A DNA stretch of 64,000 nt from an uncultured cyanobacterium. GTDB lineage: Bacteria; Cyanobacteriota; Cyanobacteriia; Cyanobacteriales; Cyanobacteriaceae. Position numbers and translations under genes: made by a program. Shown in pieces: positions 16,160 to 25,773 of the stretch. Position 1 is the stretch's first letter, and each line of letters begins with the position of its first letter. A model generated the notes under the pieces. The model was not told the origin of the DNA and did not search any database. It was given only the letters and a program-made list of their open reading frames with translations. Where the stretch lies: positions 160,001 to 224,000 of the forward strand of contig CAVVOP010000022.1 in assembly GCA_963749915.1 (NCBI GenBank), given 5' to 3'.

Positions 16160-17851
16160 TTAATGATCATCAAAAAGGTCATCCATGTATGACACTTCGT
16201 AAGTAGGTATTTCTTCATCTAAGTCCTCATCATTTTCATCTTCAACTATTTCAGGTTCAGGAATTGTCAATTTTTCCGCCATAGTTTTAGTTGGATTAAC
16301 CTCTTTGTGAGCTACCTGACGGCGTTCTTGTCGATCCTTTTTCGTGAGAGTTTCCAACAAAACTTCCCTTTCTAACATGGCATCAAGTACCGCATCATTA
16401 TTGATTTTTTCCTGTTCTCGATTGAGATTTTTATTAATCGCCTTCAGTTCACGCAATGACAGACTTTCGGCTTCTAATCCTTGAGCATGGGCATAATCAA
16501 GGAATTTTTCTGTACCGTCATTCAAACGCTCATAAACCAATATTGTCGTTATATCTTCAGGATCATAGCGAATTGAGACGATTTCCCCTGCCATTCCCCG
16601 CAAATGTTCACTTTTATAGGTGATATTTTCAAACTGCAACGTGCCAAACTTCTGAATAGTCCTTCGAGTCTGCCTCATCAAACAAATGTCTAGTTCCCTT
16701 TCTTCATAGGGTTCAGGCTCAACTACTAACCCATTTTCCCACAGTTGTATGCGAGCTTGGTCTTTTCTCCTGCCATCTGGTTTTTGATTATATTCATCAA
16801 CAATATACTTCACCAAGATAAGTTCGAGATCTCTCAGGGTAAGACTAGCATTTTGATCAACATTGTTAGGTCTTTCCTGAACATTTGCACCTGTATAGCC
16901 TGGTAATTCCCTCAACACATTATCATTTAGTGTCCGAAAAAACCTTTCAACAATACCACCATCCGATGGTCTTCTTCTTAAAGAACAAGTAAACCCCAAT
17001 CCCACTGCTATGTGTTCTGTTAGATGAATCGAACGAAAATCCTTGCCACCATCTGTATAAAAATATGTGGGAGTACCATAAGCAGTCCATTCGTTACGCA
17101 AAGAATATTCTGAGCCATAATATTTAGGTAAAATAGCATGACGTAATGCTAAAGCGTCTATTTGAGAACTAGGACTCTCAAAGCCTAAATAAAATCCCAT
17201 TAAACAACGAGAATATGAGTCAATAATGATTGTTAACCAAGGACGATCTAACACCCCAAACTCATCGACCAATCTCACATCGAGACGAGTATGATCGCAT
17301 TGCCAAACATCATTACTAGCTTCTACTTCAAGTTCTCTACCATCACGAGTCATGTGGGTTAATTTCGAGCCTGAATATCCTGGACTTCTAGCTTTGCGTT
17401 TTTTGTCTTGTTCTTGTACATATTGATCGATAATTCTATAGACTGTTTGATGACTGGGATAATCTTTTTTTTCTAAACCTAATTGTTTAGCACGTCCTTT
17501 GACTTTCAAAAAAACTTGATGGCGAGTAATGCGTTTACCATTTTGATTTCCTTTCTTGTAGGCATCTAAAATGAAATCAAACCACTCTTGATCAATACGG
17601 ATTGTACCTTTATCTGCCCTAGTTTTGATTATGCCCACAAAACCTTCTTCTCGGTATTTTTTCATCAATCTTTCGATGGAACGAATTGATACACCCAACT
17701 TTTCAGCCGCTTGTTGTTTTCTTTCACGATACAAGGTGCGATCGCATGGTTCAATCAGACTTTCAACGACTTCCATTCTCAATTTTACCTCATCGGTAAT
17801 CTGTTCTTCAGAAGGAAGCCTATATACTTTTGGTTGCTTCGATAATGCCAT
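16160..17851 (-). CDS. tnsB: TnsB Mu-like DDE transposase; likely start ATG 17851 (the ORF-track start 17914 lies in the right end)
   Basis: HTH AAEKLGVSIRSIERL; intact DDE residues in WQCDHT, YTDGGKDF, GGIVERFF. Confidence 0.95.
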   Translation of the reverse strand: MALSKQPKVYRLPSEEQITDEVKLRMEVVESLIEPCDRTLYRERKQQAAEKLGVSIRSIERLMKKYREEGFVGIIKTRADKGTIRIDQEWFDFILDAYKKGNQNGKRITRHQVFLKVKGRAKQLGLEKKDYPSHQTVYRIIDQYVQEQDKKRKARSPGYSGSKLTHMTRDGRELEVEASNDVWQCDHTRLDVRLVDEFGVLDRPWLTIIIDSYSRCLMGFYLGFESPSSQIDALALRHAILPKYYGSEYSLRNEWTAYGTPTYFYTDGGKDFRSIHLTEHIAVGLGFTCSLRRRPSDGGIVERFFRTLNDNVLRELPGYTGANVQERPNNVDQNASLTLRDLELILVKYIVDEYNQKPDGRRKDQARIQLWENGLVVEPEPYEERELDICLMRQTRRTIQKFGTLQFENITYKSEHLRGMAGEIVSIRYDPEDITTILVYERLNDGTEKFLDYAHAQGLEAESLSLRELKAINKNLNREQEKINNDAVLDAMLEREVLLETLTKKDRQERRQVAHKEVNPTKTMAEKLTIPEPEIVEDENDEDLDEEIPTYEVSYMDDLFDDH

Positions 17852-17904
17852 TACCCAAACTAATTTACTATTTAACTCTTTTTTTAGAATAGCATTTAGC
17901 CCAA

Positions 17905-18137
17905 GAAACGACAACTAAAATATTAAATTATTCTGCAATGGTCAATTGATCTGATCAAAAAATAAGCGACATTTAAAACTTTAAAAACAATAATAAACGA
18001 CATTTAACTGTTGAAATAAGTTGTCCGATTCCACAAGAACATAAAAAGCACTCTAATCCATATATAATGGCATTTATAGAGATTTTTAATGGCGACAATA
18101 ATGTGTTAAACAGCGACACTTAATTATTGAATGTATA
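17905..18137 (-). mobile_element. CAST right end with about five TnsB sites
   Basis: CGACA cores near 17909, 17967, 17998, 18093, 18114; ends ...TAATTATTGAATGTATA at 18137. Confidence 0.85.
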
Positions 18138-18301
18138 CTTGTTTTAAAAGGGTTTTAGAGATTCTACATATTTCCAGAACTCTTTTCTATTGTCAATAAG
18201 CCGGGCGAAAATAGTTCATTTTAGATAGTTTTAGTTCTATAATTGGTAGATAAAATGAAAGAATCATAAATTTTTGGAGATGTCTATTGCAGAAGGTGTG
18301 C

Positions 18302-18460
18302 GACGATGGTAACTTAGTTTACTGGAGTACAAGAATGGGTAAACATCCCGAAATGCCCCTAAAAACAGCAACACTTCTCAAAAAACAATCTGGGAAATGT
18401 CAGCTATGCGGAAATATTTAGGGATGGAGATAACTTAAACATCGACCACATAATTCCAAA
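18302..18460 (+). pseudogene. Fragment of group II intron-encoded protein (C-terminal HNH region), frameshifted
   Basis: DDGNLVYWSTRMGKHPEMPLKTATLLKKQSGKCQLCG, then in another frame FRDGDNLNIDHIIP. Confidence 0.75.
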
Positions 18461-18476
18461 TCTTTATACTTCCCAC

Positions 18477-19478
18477 CTAAAATTTCACCTTTTTGAATAC
18501 GTTATGTAAAACATTAGCTGATTCTTGTAATAATCTTTCTTCTTCCTCGCTAAGGTTAAGATTGACGGTTTTTAAGATTCCTTTTTCATTGATAACCCTA
18601 GGAATGCTCAGACAAACATCTTCAATACCATATAAACCACTCATCAAACCGCTAACGGTTAAAATCCGTTCTTGTGAGTTTAAAATGGCCTTGACAATAT
18701 CTGTGGTAGCTAAACCAATGGCATAGGAAGTATAACCTTTTCGTCGAATGATCTCGTAAGCGGCATTTTGTACCTGATAAAATATCTTAGATAGTTTACT
18801 TTGTTCATTCTCCTCCAAGTTTGACCATTTATTCGGTATAATTTTCATACCGCCAACGTTAGCGGTACTCCACACAGGCACTTCACTGTCTCCATGTTCA
18901 CCGATAATGTAGGCGTGAACGCTACGGGCATCAATACCCATTTCCTGGGCAATTAATAAACGAAAACGAGCACTATCTAAAACAGTACCAGAACCAATGA
19001 CTCTTGAGTTGGGAAAACCAGTGATTCTTAAGGTGGCATAAGTCATAATATCCACTGGATTGCTAACCACTAAAATAATGGCATCAGGACAATATTTCAC
19101 TACACCTTTTAAAATGTTTTTGTAAATAGCGATATTCCTCTCAACTAAACTAAGACGACTTTCCCCCTCTTTTTGTGCGACTCCGGCGGTGATGATAACT
19201 ATATCAGCATTTTTGCCGACATCGGCAACAGTTCCGGCTTTCAAATCCGTTGGCGGCAGAAAAGACATCCCGTGAGATAAATCCATTATTTCCCCTTCGA
19301 GTTTATCCGTGGCTATATCTTGCAAAATTAATTCATCAAAACAGTCTTGAATTAACAGAGAATAGGCACAGGCTAAACCCACTTGTCCTAAACCGATTAT
19401 CACTCCTTTACGGGGACGAAGAGATGAAGGTTTTTCGGCACAGGGATTAGGTATTAAAATTTTTTCAAACATATTCAA
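18477..19478 (-). CDS. ldh: L-lactate dehydrogenase
   Basis: GLGQVG, TAGVAQKEGESRL, GTVLDSAR, GEHGDS, KGYTSYAIG. Confidence 0.9.
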   Translation of the reverse strand: MNMFEKILIPNPCAEKPSSLRPRKGVIIGLGQVGLACAYSLLIQDCFDELILQDIATDKLEGEIMDLSHGMSFLPPTDLKAGTVADVGKNADIVIITAGVAQKEGESRLSLVERNIAIYKNILKGVVKYCPDAIILVVSNPVDIMTYATLRITGFPNSRVIGSGTVLDSARFRLLIAQEMGIDARSVHAYIIGEHGDSEVPVWSTANVGGMKIIPNKWSNLEENEQSKLSKIFYQVQNAAYEIIRRKGYTSYAIGLATTDIVKAILNSQERILTVSGLMSGLYGIEDVCLSIPRVINEKGILKTVNLNLSEEEERLLQESANVLHNVFKKVKF

Positions 19479-19554
19479 AGATTTTTTTAAAGAGTTTAAA
19501 CCATTTTAGTATAAACACAAAAACCATTTTTTCGAGGTTAATTTAAGGTTAAAA

Positions 19555-19962
19555 TTATAAATTTTCCTTAATGATAAGGGGAATTTCTTGAGTTTTTCTC
19601 GTTTGAGCATCGAGGCAAATATGCCTAGTTAAGGCAGTGGCAATTAAAATGTTATCTTTATTAAGATAATAGCTAATTTCAAATATTTTGTTACTAATTA
19701 ATTTTGTATCGATATCGATAATAATTAAATCACCACAAAAAAGAGGTTTAAAGAAGTCTATTTCTGCGTGAATAATGGGGATAGCAATTAAATTACTGCT
19801 AAAAAATTCTTGTAAATTAATTGTTAATGTGGTTAAATATTCTTCATAAGTTTCATGACAAATTGACAATAAATTAGAAAAATAAACGACTCCTGCCGCA
19901 TCAGTATCAGCAAAATATATTTTTCTTTTATAGGTAAATTTATTCATTATTTTATGATTCAA
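19555..19962 (-). CDS. Hot-dog thioesterase (DHNA-CoA hydrolase-like)
   Basis: FADTDAAGVVYF, PIIHAEIDF. Confidence 0.8.
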   Translation of the reverse strand: MNHKIMNKFTYKRKIYFADTDAAGVVYFSNLLSICHETYEEYLTTLTINLQEFFSSNLIAIPIIHAEIDFFKPLFCGDLIIIDIDTKLISNKIFEISYYLNKDNILIATALTRHICLDAQTRKTQEIPLIIKENL

Positions 19963-20063
19963 ATAGGATGACTAGTGTTAACCTCTTCCGATTATTAATT
20001 AGAATAGGCAATTGATTTTAAGGTAAATTAGTTTTAACGTTCAGATTTTATTGAGTTAATCCG

Positions 20064-22019
20064 GTGCAAGTATTTAAGGAAATTATCGCAGGTTGGTGGT
20101 CAGAATTCACCCTCCAAACTAAATTAATGGCGATCGCCACTCTAGTGGTATCGTTAGTGATGAGTAGTTTGACTTTTTGGGCGGTTAACTCGATTCAACA
20201 AGATGCTCAAGTCAATGATACTCGTTTCGGACGGGACTTAGGCTTACTTTTAGCCAGTAATGTGGCACCTCTGGTTGCCGAAGATGACTTAACACAAGTC
20301 GCACAGTTTTCCGGACGTTTTTTCAAAAGTACATCAAGTGTTAGATATATTATTTATGCCAATAAGGAAGGGGATATTTTTTTCGGGATTCCCTTTTCTC
20401 AAGATGAGGTCAAAAATTCCCTGACTATTCAAAGAAAATTAGAGTTACCTGAAGACTATCAACCTGATGTCAAAACCCCCGTAATTAGACAACATTTAAC
20501 CCCAGACGGGAAGGTAACAGATGTTTTTGTGCCTTTATCTTTAAATAATCAGTATTTGGGGGTGTTAGCTATTGGCATTAACCCAAATCCCACCGTTGTC
20601 GCTTCCTCTAACCTTACCAGAGATGTTACCATTGCGGTTTTTATCTCCATTTGGGCAATGGTGATTTTAGGAGGTGTATTCAATGCTTTAACTATCACTC
20701 AACCCATCAAAGAATTATTGTTAGGAGTGAAAAATATCGCCACAGGAAACTTTAAGCAAAGAATTGATTTACCCCTTGGCGGTGAATTGGGAGAACTGAT
20801 TTTAAGTTTTAATGATATGGCGGAAAGATTAGAGAAATTTGAAGAACAAAATATCGAAGAATTAACGGCAGAAAAAGCTAAACTTGAAACTCTTGTTTCT
20901 ACTATCGCCGATGGTGCAATTTTATTGGATTCACAACTCAAATTAATATTAGTAAATCCTGCTGCTAGGAGAATGTTTAATTGGGAAGAAACCCATATTG
21001 TCGGTGAGGATTTACTGGAATATTTACCCCCAGAAGTAACGAAACAATTGCAACAACCTCTTACCCACATTTCTCAGGGGGAACATACGGAAGACGAAAA
21101 ATATCATCATAGTATTTTAGCCACAAGGGGCGAATTTACTATTAGTTTAAATCCACCCCATCAACATACTTTTAGAATTTTGTTGACTCAGGTATTAGAC
21201 CAAAATCGAGAAAACATAAAAGGAATTGTGATGACTGTACAAGATATCACAAAAGAAGCAGAATTAAATGAGGCGAAAAGTCAATTTATTAGTAATGTTT
21301 CCCATGAATTAAGGACACCTTTATTTAACATTAAATCTTTTATTGAAACTCTTCTTGAATATGGTGATGACTTAACGGAAGCAGAAAAATTAGAGTTTTT
21401 ACAAACGGCTAATAATGAAACCGATCGCCTAACTCGCTTAGTAAACGATGTATTGGATTTATCTCGTTTAGAATCCTCCCGCAGTTATGAATTTACCCCC
21501 TTAGATTTGGCACAACCTATAGAACAAACTTTAAGAACTTATCAGTTGAATGCTAAAGATAAAAATATTCGATTAATCCAAGATATAGAGCCTTTTTTAC
21601 CGCCCATTTGGGGACATTATGATCTACTTTTGCAGGTATTTACTAATTTAGTTGGTAACGCTCTTAAATTTACCTTAGAAGAAGGCACTGTAACCATTAA
21701 GGCTTATGCTGTAAGAGCCAATCCCGAAAACCCCTCGGAATATTCTCATGTCAGGGTAGAAATCACTGATACAGGAATAGGTATTGCCCCAGAAGACCAA
21801 GAAGCTATATTTGATCGCTTTTTCCGAGTAGAAAACAGAGTACATACCCTAGAAGGCACGGGCTTGGGCTTATCTATTGTGAAAAATATTGCCGATAAAC
21901 ATAATAGTCGAATCCATTTAGTTAGTGAAGAAGGAGTCGGTACAACTTTTTGGTTCGACTTACAAATATATCAAGAAAAAAAAGTGGGCTATCAACTTAA
22001 GGCGGGACAAACTGGTTGA
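20064..22019 (+). CDS. nblS: Sensor histidine kinase NblS/Hik33
   Basis: WWSEFTLQTKLM, NDTRFGRDLGLLLA, HAMP-PAS, SHELRTPL, ENRVHTLEGTGLGL. Confidence 0.93.
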   Translation: MQVFKEIIAGWWSEFTLQTKLMAIATLVVSLVMSSLTFWAVNSIQQDAQVNDTRFGRDLGLLLASNVAPLVAEDDLTQVAQFSGRFFKSTSSVRYIIYANKEGDIFFGIPFSQDEVKNSLTIQRKLELPEDYQPDVKTPVIRQHLTPDGKVTDVFVPLSLNNQYLGVLAIGINPNPTVVASSNLTRDVTIAVFISIWAMVILGGVFNALTITQPIKELLLGVKNIATGNFKQRIDLPLGGELGELILSFNDMAERLEKFEEQNIEELTAEKAKLETLVSTIADGAILLDSQLKLILVNPAARRMFNWEETHIVGEDLLEYLPPEVTKQLQQPLTHISQGEHTEDEKYHHSILATRGEFTISLNPPHQHTFRILLTQVLDQNRENIKGIVMTVQDITKEAELNEAKSQFISNVSHELRTPLFNIKSFIETLLEYGDDLTEAEKLEFLQTANNETDRLTRLVNDVLDLSRLESSRSYEFTPLDLAQPIEQTLRTYQLNAKDKNIRLIQDIEPFLPPIWGHYDLLLQVFTNLVGNALKFTLEEGTVTIKAYAVRANPENPSEYSHVRVEITDTGIGIAPEDQEAIFDRFFRVENRVHTLEGTGLGLSIVKNIADKHNSRIHLVSEEGVGTTFWFDLQIYQEKKVGYQLKAGQTG

Positions 22020-22023
22020 GACA

Positions 22024-22050
22024 AGGTATTAGGTATTAGGTATTAGGTAT
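22024..22050. repeat. STRR-like heptamer tandem repeat (AGGTATT) about 4 copies
   Basis: Read directly downstream of nblS. Confidence 0.75.
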
Positions 22051-22186
22051 ACCGAAAATGTCCCGGTTTAAATCAGTAGCCAAAAAGTGAAAACAAGGGA
22101 TTATGAATTGCACAAGTAAATTTTTTTTATTCTGAAGCCTTTATTATTTTGTTGCTTTATTGTTAATTGCTCATTTTTAAATGATT

Positions 22187-22215
22187 TGAACCTTTTTTGT
22201 CTATTAGTCGTCTAA
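22187..22215 (+). promoter_or_regulatory. ECF-type promoter upstream of the ECF sigma gene
   Basis: TGAACC-N16-CGTCTAA. Confidence 0.6.
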
Positions 22216-22248
22216 AGACATTACTACAGCAAAAGATAAAGATGATGA

Positions 22249-22842
22249 ATGTCAAGAGCAAATAGTAATGTCGAGATTGCTGATTTGGAGTTAGTACGAA
22301 AATGCCAAAAAGGCGACGGAAATTCATTTCGTTTACTTTACCAACGTTATCAACACAAAGTTAGGGCTACTTTATATAAATTATGCGGTAGCGAATTACT
22401 AGATGATTTACAACAGGAGGTATTTTTAAAAATATGGAAAGCATTGCCTAAATTACGGGAACCACAATATTTTTCTACTTGGCTTTATCGTATCTGTTGG
22501 AATGTGGCTTCAGATCATAGTTTGGCTCGAAAGCGCGATCACCATCGCCAAAAAGTGCAAATAGATCAAATGAAACAATCTTTAAGAACAGATTTAGCTA
22601 AATCAACAAATCATGGTCAAACGGGTTTATTGCAGTTGCATTATCAAGAATTGATACAGTCGGCATTGCAAAACCTTAATCTTGAACATCGTGCCGTAAT
22701 CGTCTTGCATGATTTACAGGATATGCAACACAAGGATGTAGCCGAAATTTTGTCTATTCCTGTGGGTACGGTTAAATCGAGATTATTCAACGCACGAAAA
22801 AGTTTACGTCAATTTCTCGAACAAAAAGGAGTTAATTTATGA
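22249..22842 (+). CDS. ECF-family RNA polymerase sigma factor
   Basis: DDLQQEVFLKIW, FSTWLYRI, IPVGTVKSRL. Confidence 0.9.
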   Translation: MSRANSNVEIADLELVRKCQKGDGNSFRLLYQRYQHKVRATLYKLCGSELLDDLQQEVFLKIWKALPKLREPQYFSTWLYRICWNVASDHSLARKRDHHRQKVQIDQMKQSLRTDLAKSTNHGQTGLLQLHYQELIQSALQNLNLEHRAVIVLHDLQDMQHKDVAEILSIPVGTVKSRLFNARKSLRQFLEQKGVNL

Positions 22843-23246
22843 GCAAAACTACTTCCAATAATCGATTTGACGATGAATTAGTAGGTTTTTTAAAAACTTA
22901 TTGCCCAGAAACTCCCCCAGAAACCAAACCTTGCGAGGAGTTGGTTATGAGGGCGATCTCCCAGGGATCTGCTATGGAGTCTGCACCGTGCCACTGTGTG
23001 ATCACCCCTGGGTCAAATCATTGGCGAAAAACGTTTCCTAAAATTGGTGTTGGTTGGTTATTACCCGGTACTCTAATAACGACGTTGTTGATTATCGGCA
23101 GTTATTTTTTCAACATGAATAGCAAACCTGTCCCCCAAATCGCTTCCGAAACCGAAGACTTAGAACCCTTTTTGGTTAACAGTTGGTATGGTTCGATGGC
23201 ACAAGAGTCAGAATTTAATTTAGTCACCGTCAATGATGAATTTTAA
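22839..23246 (+). CDS. Putative membrane anti-sigma factor
   Basis: ATGA overlap with the sigma gene; single TM segment. Confidence 0.6.
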   Translation: MSKTTSNNRFDDELVGFLKTYCPETPPETKPCEELVMRAISQGSAMESAPCHCVITPGSNHWRKTFPKIGVGWLLPGTLITTLLIIGSYFFNMNSKPVPQIASETEDLEPFLVNSWYGSMAQESEFNLVTVNDEF

Positions 23247-23300
23247 AAATTATTCTGTCTTTTTTTATCAATTTCTAAAATCTTAGGAGAAAATCACATT

Positions 23301-23786
23301 ATGAAACATACAATTAATTACGCTTTGATTTTTGCAACTATAACCACTATGGGTATTAGTTTCCATGCCGTAGCTTTGCCCAATCCCGTCATCAATTCCA
23401 CCATCAAAATCACTCAAAATACCCCTTCTCTGAAACAAAGATGGGAAAATAAAGGTGATAAATTAATGGAAAAACTTAATCTTAGTGCTGAACAACAACA
23501 ACAAATAGAATCAATTCGCAGTAAATATCAGCCAGAAATTGACAATGTGAAAGAACAAATGCAATCAGAAAGAGAGAAAATGTCGGCAATGATGAAAAAT
23601 AATGAATCTCAAGATAACTTGCGATCGCAACATCAAGAAATAGTAGCTTTACAGCAAAAAATGAATAACTTGCGCTTTGAGAGTCTGTTAGAGACAAGAG
23701 AAGTGTTAACCTTAGAACAACGTCAACAATTTTCACAGATGATGAGTGAAAGAAGCTCTAACTGGAGAGGAAAAAAGAAAGAATAA
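23301..23786 (+). CDS. Spy/CpxP family periplasmic chaperone
   Basis: Signal peptide; LSAEQ and LTLEQ (LTxxQ) motifs. Confidence 0.85.
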   Translation: MKHTINYALIFATITTMGISFHAVALPNPVINSTIKITQNTPSLKQRWENKGDKLMEKLNLSAEQQQQIESIRSKYQPEIDNVKEQMQSEREKMSAMMKNNESQDNLRSQHQEIVALQQKMNNLRFESLLETREVLTLEQRQQFSQMMSERSSNWRGKKKE

Positions 23787-23888
23787 ACACTAATGATAAA
23801 AAATATCCCAATATTGAACCATAATGAGTTAAGATTCTTAACAAAGAAAATTTTAAATTAAATAAAAAAAAGATAGAGGAGGATATTT

Positions 23889-24968
23889 ATGGCTTTAGTC
23901 CCCATGAGGCTATTATTAGACCACGCAGCAGAACACGATTATGGTATTCCTGCATTTAACGTTAACAACTTAGAGCAAATTCTGTCCATTATGGGTGCGG
24001 CTAACGAAACCGATAGCCCTGTTATCTTACAAGCATCTCGTGGTGCTCGTAGTTACGCGGGAGAAAATTTCCTCCGTCACCTTATCTTAGCGGCGGCTGA
24101 AACTTACCCCCATATCCCCATCGCTATGCACCAAGATCATGGTAATAGTCCTGCAACCTGTTATTCCGCCATTCGTAACGGTTTTACCAGCGTTATGATG
24201 GATGGTTCTTTACAAGAAGACGCAAAAACCCCAGCAACTTTTGAATATAACGTTAACGTTACCGCAGAAGTAGTTAAAGTAGCTCACTCTGTAGGTGCTA
24301 GTGTGGAAGGTGAACTGGGCTGTTTAGGTTCTCTCGAAACTGGTATGGGTGAAGCAGAAGACGGTCACGGTTTTGAAGGCAAACTCGATCATTCTCAGCT
24401 TTTAACTGATCCTGATGAAGCAGTAGAATTTGTCGAAAGAACTCAAGTTGACGCTTTAGCGGTTGCCATCGGTACCAGTCACGGTGCTTATAAATTTACC
24501 CGTAAACCTACTGGCGAAATTCTTGCTATTAGTCGCATTGAAGAAATCCACGCTAAATTACCTAATACTCATTTAGTAATGCACGGGTCTTCTTCTGTAC
24601 CTCAAGAATGGTTGGATATGATCAACAAATATGGTGGTAACATTCCTGAAACCTACGGAGTACCAGTGGAAGAAATTCAAAAGGGTATTAAGAGTGGTGT
24701 TCGTAAAGTTAACATTGACACCGACAACCGTTTAGCCATTACTGCTGCCATCCGTGAAGCGGCGTTCAAAGATCCTTCTAACTTCGATCCTCGTCACTTC
24801 TTGAAACCCTCTATCAAATACATGAAGCAAGTATGTTTAGAGCGTTATCAACAATTTTGGACTGCTGGAAATGCAAGTAAAATTAAACAAGTAAGTCTTG
24901 ATGATTTTGCCGCTAAATATGCTAAAGGTGAATTAAGTTCTACCAGCAGAAAAACCGTAGCTGTATAG
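23889..24968 (+). CDS. fbaA: Class II fructose-bisphosphate aldolase
   Basis: [35 protein letters not shown]. Confidence 0.96.
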   Translation: MALVPMRLLLDHAAEHDYGIPAFNVNNLEQILSIMGAANETDSPVILQASRGARSYAGENFLRHLILAAAETYPHIPIAMHQDHGNSPATCYSAIRNGFTSVMMDGSLQEDAKTPATFEYNVNVTAEVVKVAHSVGASVEGELGCLGSLETGMGEAEDGHGFEGKLDHSQLLTDPDEAVEFVERTQVDALAVAIGTSHGAYKFTRKPTGEILAISRIEEIHAKLPNTHLVMHGSSSVPQEWLDMINKYGGNIPETYGVPVEEIQKGIKSGVRKVNIDTDNRLAITAAIREAAFKDPSNFDPRHFLKPSIKYMKQVCLERYQQFWTAGNASKIKQVSLDDFAAKYAKGELSSTSRKTVAV

Positions 24969-24990
24969 TTCATAAATTTTCTACGTCCTA

Positions 24991-25022
24991 AAGCCCTACC
25001 TCTAAAAAGGTAGGGTTGTTTT
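24991..25022. terminator. Intrinsic terminator between convergent fba and queE
   Basis: CCCTACCT-CTAAAA-AGGTAGGG then TTGTTTT. Confidence 0.7.
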
Positions 25023-25659
25023 ATCTAATTCCCATAAATTTATGAGTTTGTAGACTCAAACGCCATTGAGGATGATGGAGAATATAATTAAAAATTAACT
25101 CTTGACTATCAGGATTTTCCCACTGGGGTTGTAAATATTTAGGGATGTGAATAGGGATTTTTTCTGCTTCAGATTCTGCCCAAATTAAATCATTTTGATC
25201 ATCAATTACTACTTTTAATTCACTGGCATGATCATAAATACTTTCGTGGGGTTTTTTATAGGGTTTAGGGGAAAAAGTTACCCAATCAAACTCTCCAGAA
25301 AAAACATGAGACCCGGAAGTTTCTAAATGAGTTTTATAACTCAAATTTTTCAGGATTTTTGTTAGGGGAAAAAGATCATGTAATAAAGGTTCACCACCGG
25401 TGATAATAATATGTTTAGTATTAATATTAGTTAGCTCATTCTTAATATTTTCTAATGTGAACAAAGGATATTTTTTCATTGACCAAGTTTCTTTTTGATC
25501 ACACCAAGGGCAAAACACATTACAGCCCGCCAAACGAATAAAAAAGGAATTCTCGCCGCTCCAAAAACCCTCCCCTTGTATAGAATGAAACATTTCAACA
25601 ATGGGATACTTATAATCTGAATCTACTTTATCCTCGGTTTTATTATTAACTAATAACAT
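25021..25659 (-). CDS. queE: 7-carboxy-7-deazaguanine synthase (radical SAM)
   Basis: FHSIQGEG, CNVFCPWCD, TGGEP, SLQTHK. Confidence 0.9.
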   Translation of the reverse strand: MLLVNNKTEDKVDSDYKYPIVEMFHSIQGEGFWSGENSFFIRLAGCNVFCPWCDQKETWSMKKYPLFTLENIKNELTNINTKHIIITGGEPLLHDLFPLTKILKNLSYKTHLETSGSHVFSGEFDWVTFSPKPYKKPHESIYDHASELKVVIDDQNDLIWAESEAEKIPIHIPKYLQPQWENPDSQELIFNYILHHPQWRLSLQTHKFMGIR

Positions 25660-25773
25660 TTATATTTAAATTTCCTGTGTTCTCATTATAGGCTAGACTA
25701 TGGCTCTTCGAGAGTAGTTATCTTCTCATTGTCTTAATTAAAAAGGTGAGCATTTAGCCCACCCTAAAGTTAA

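Larger units (their letters stand above)
3080..18137. mobile_element. Type V-K CRISPR-associated transposon (Cas12k-TnsBC-TniQ), about 15 kb
   Basis: Inverted ends with repeated TnsB sites, cas12k, tracrRNA, array, tnsB/tnsC/tniQ, tRNA-homing spacer. Confidence 0.95.

Noticed and set aside
17852..17914. N-terminal extension of TnsB in the ORF track
   Set aside because: Non-ATG start inside right-end TnsB sites; ATG 17851 is more plausible
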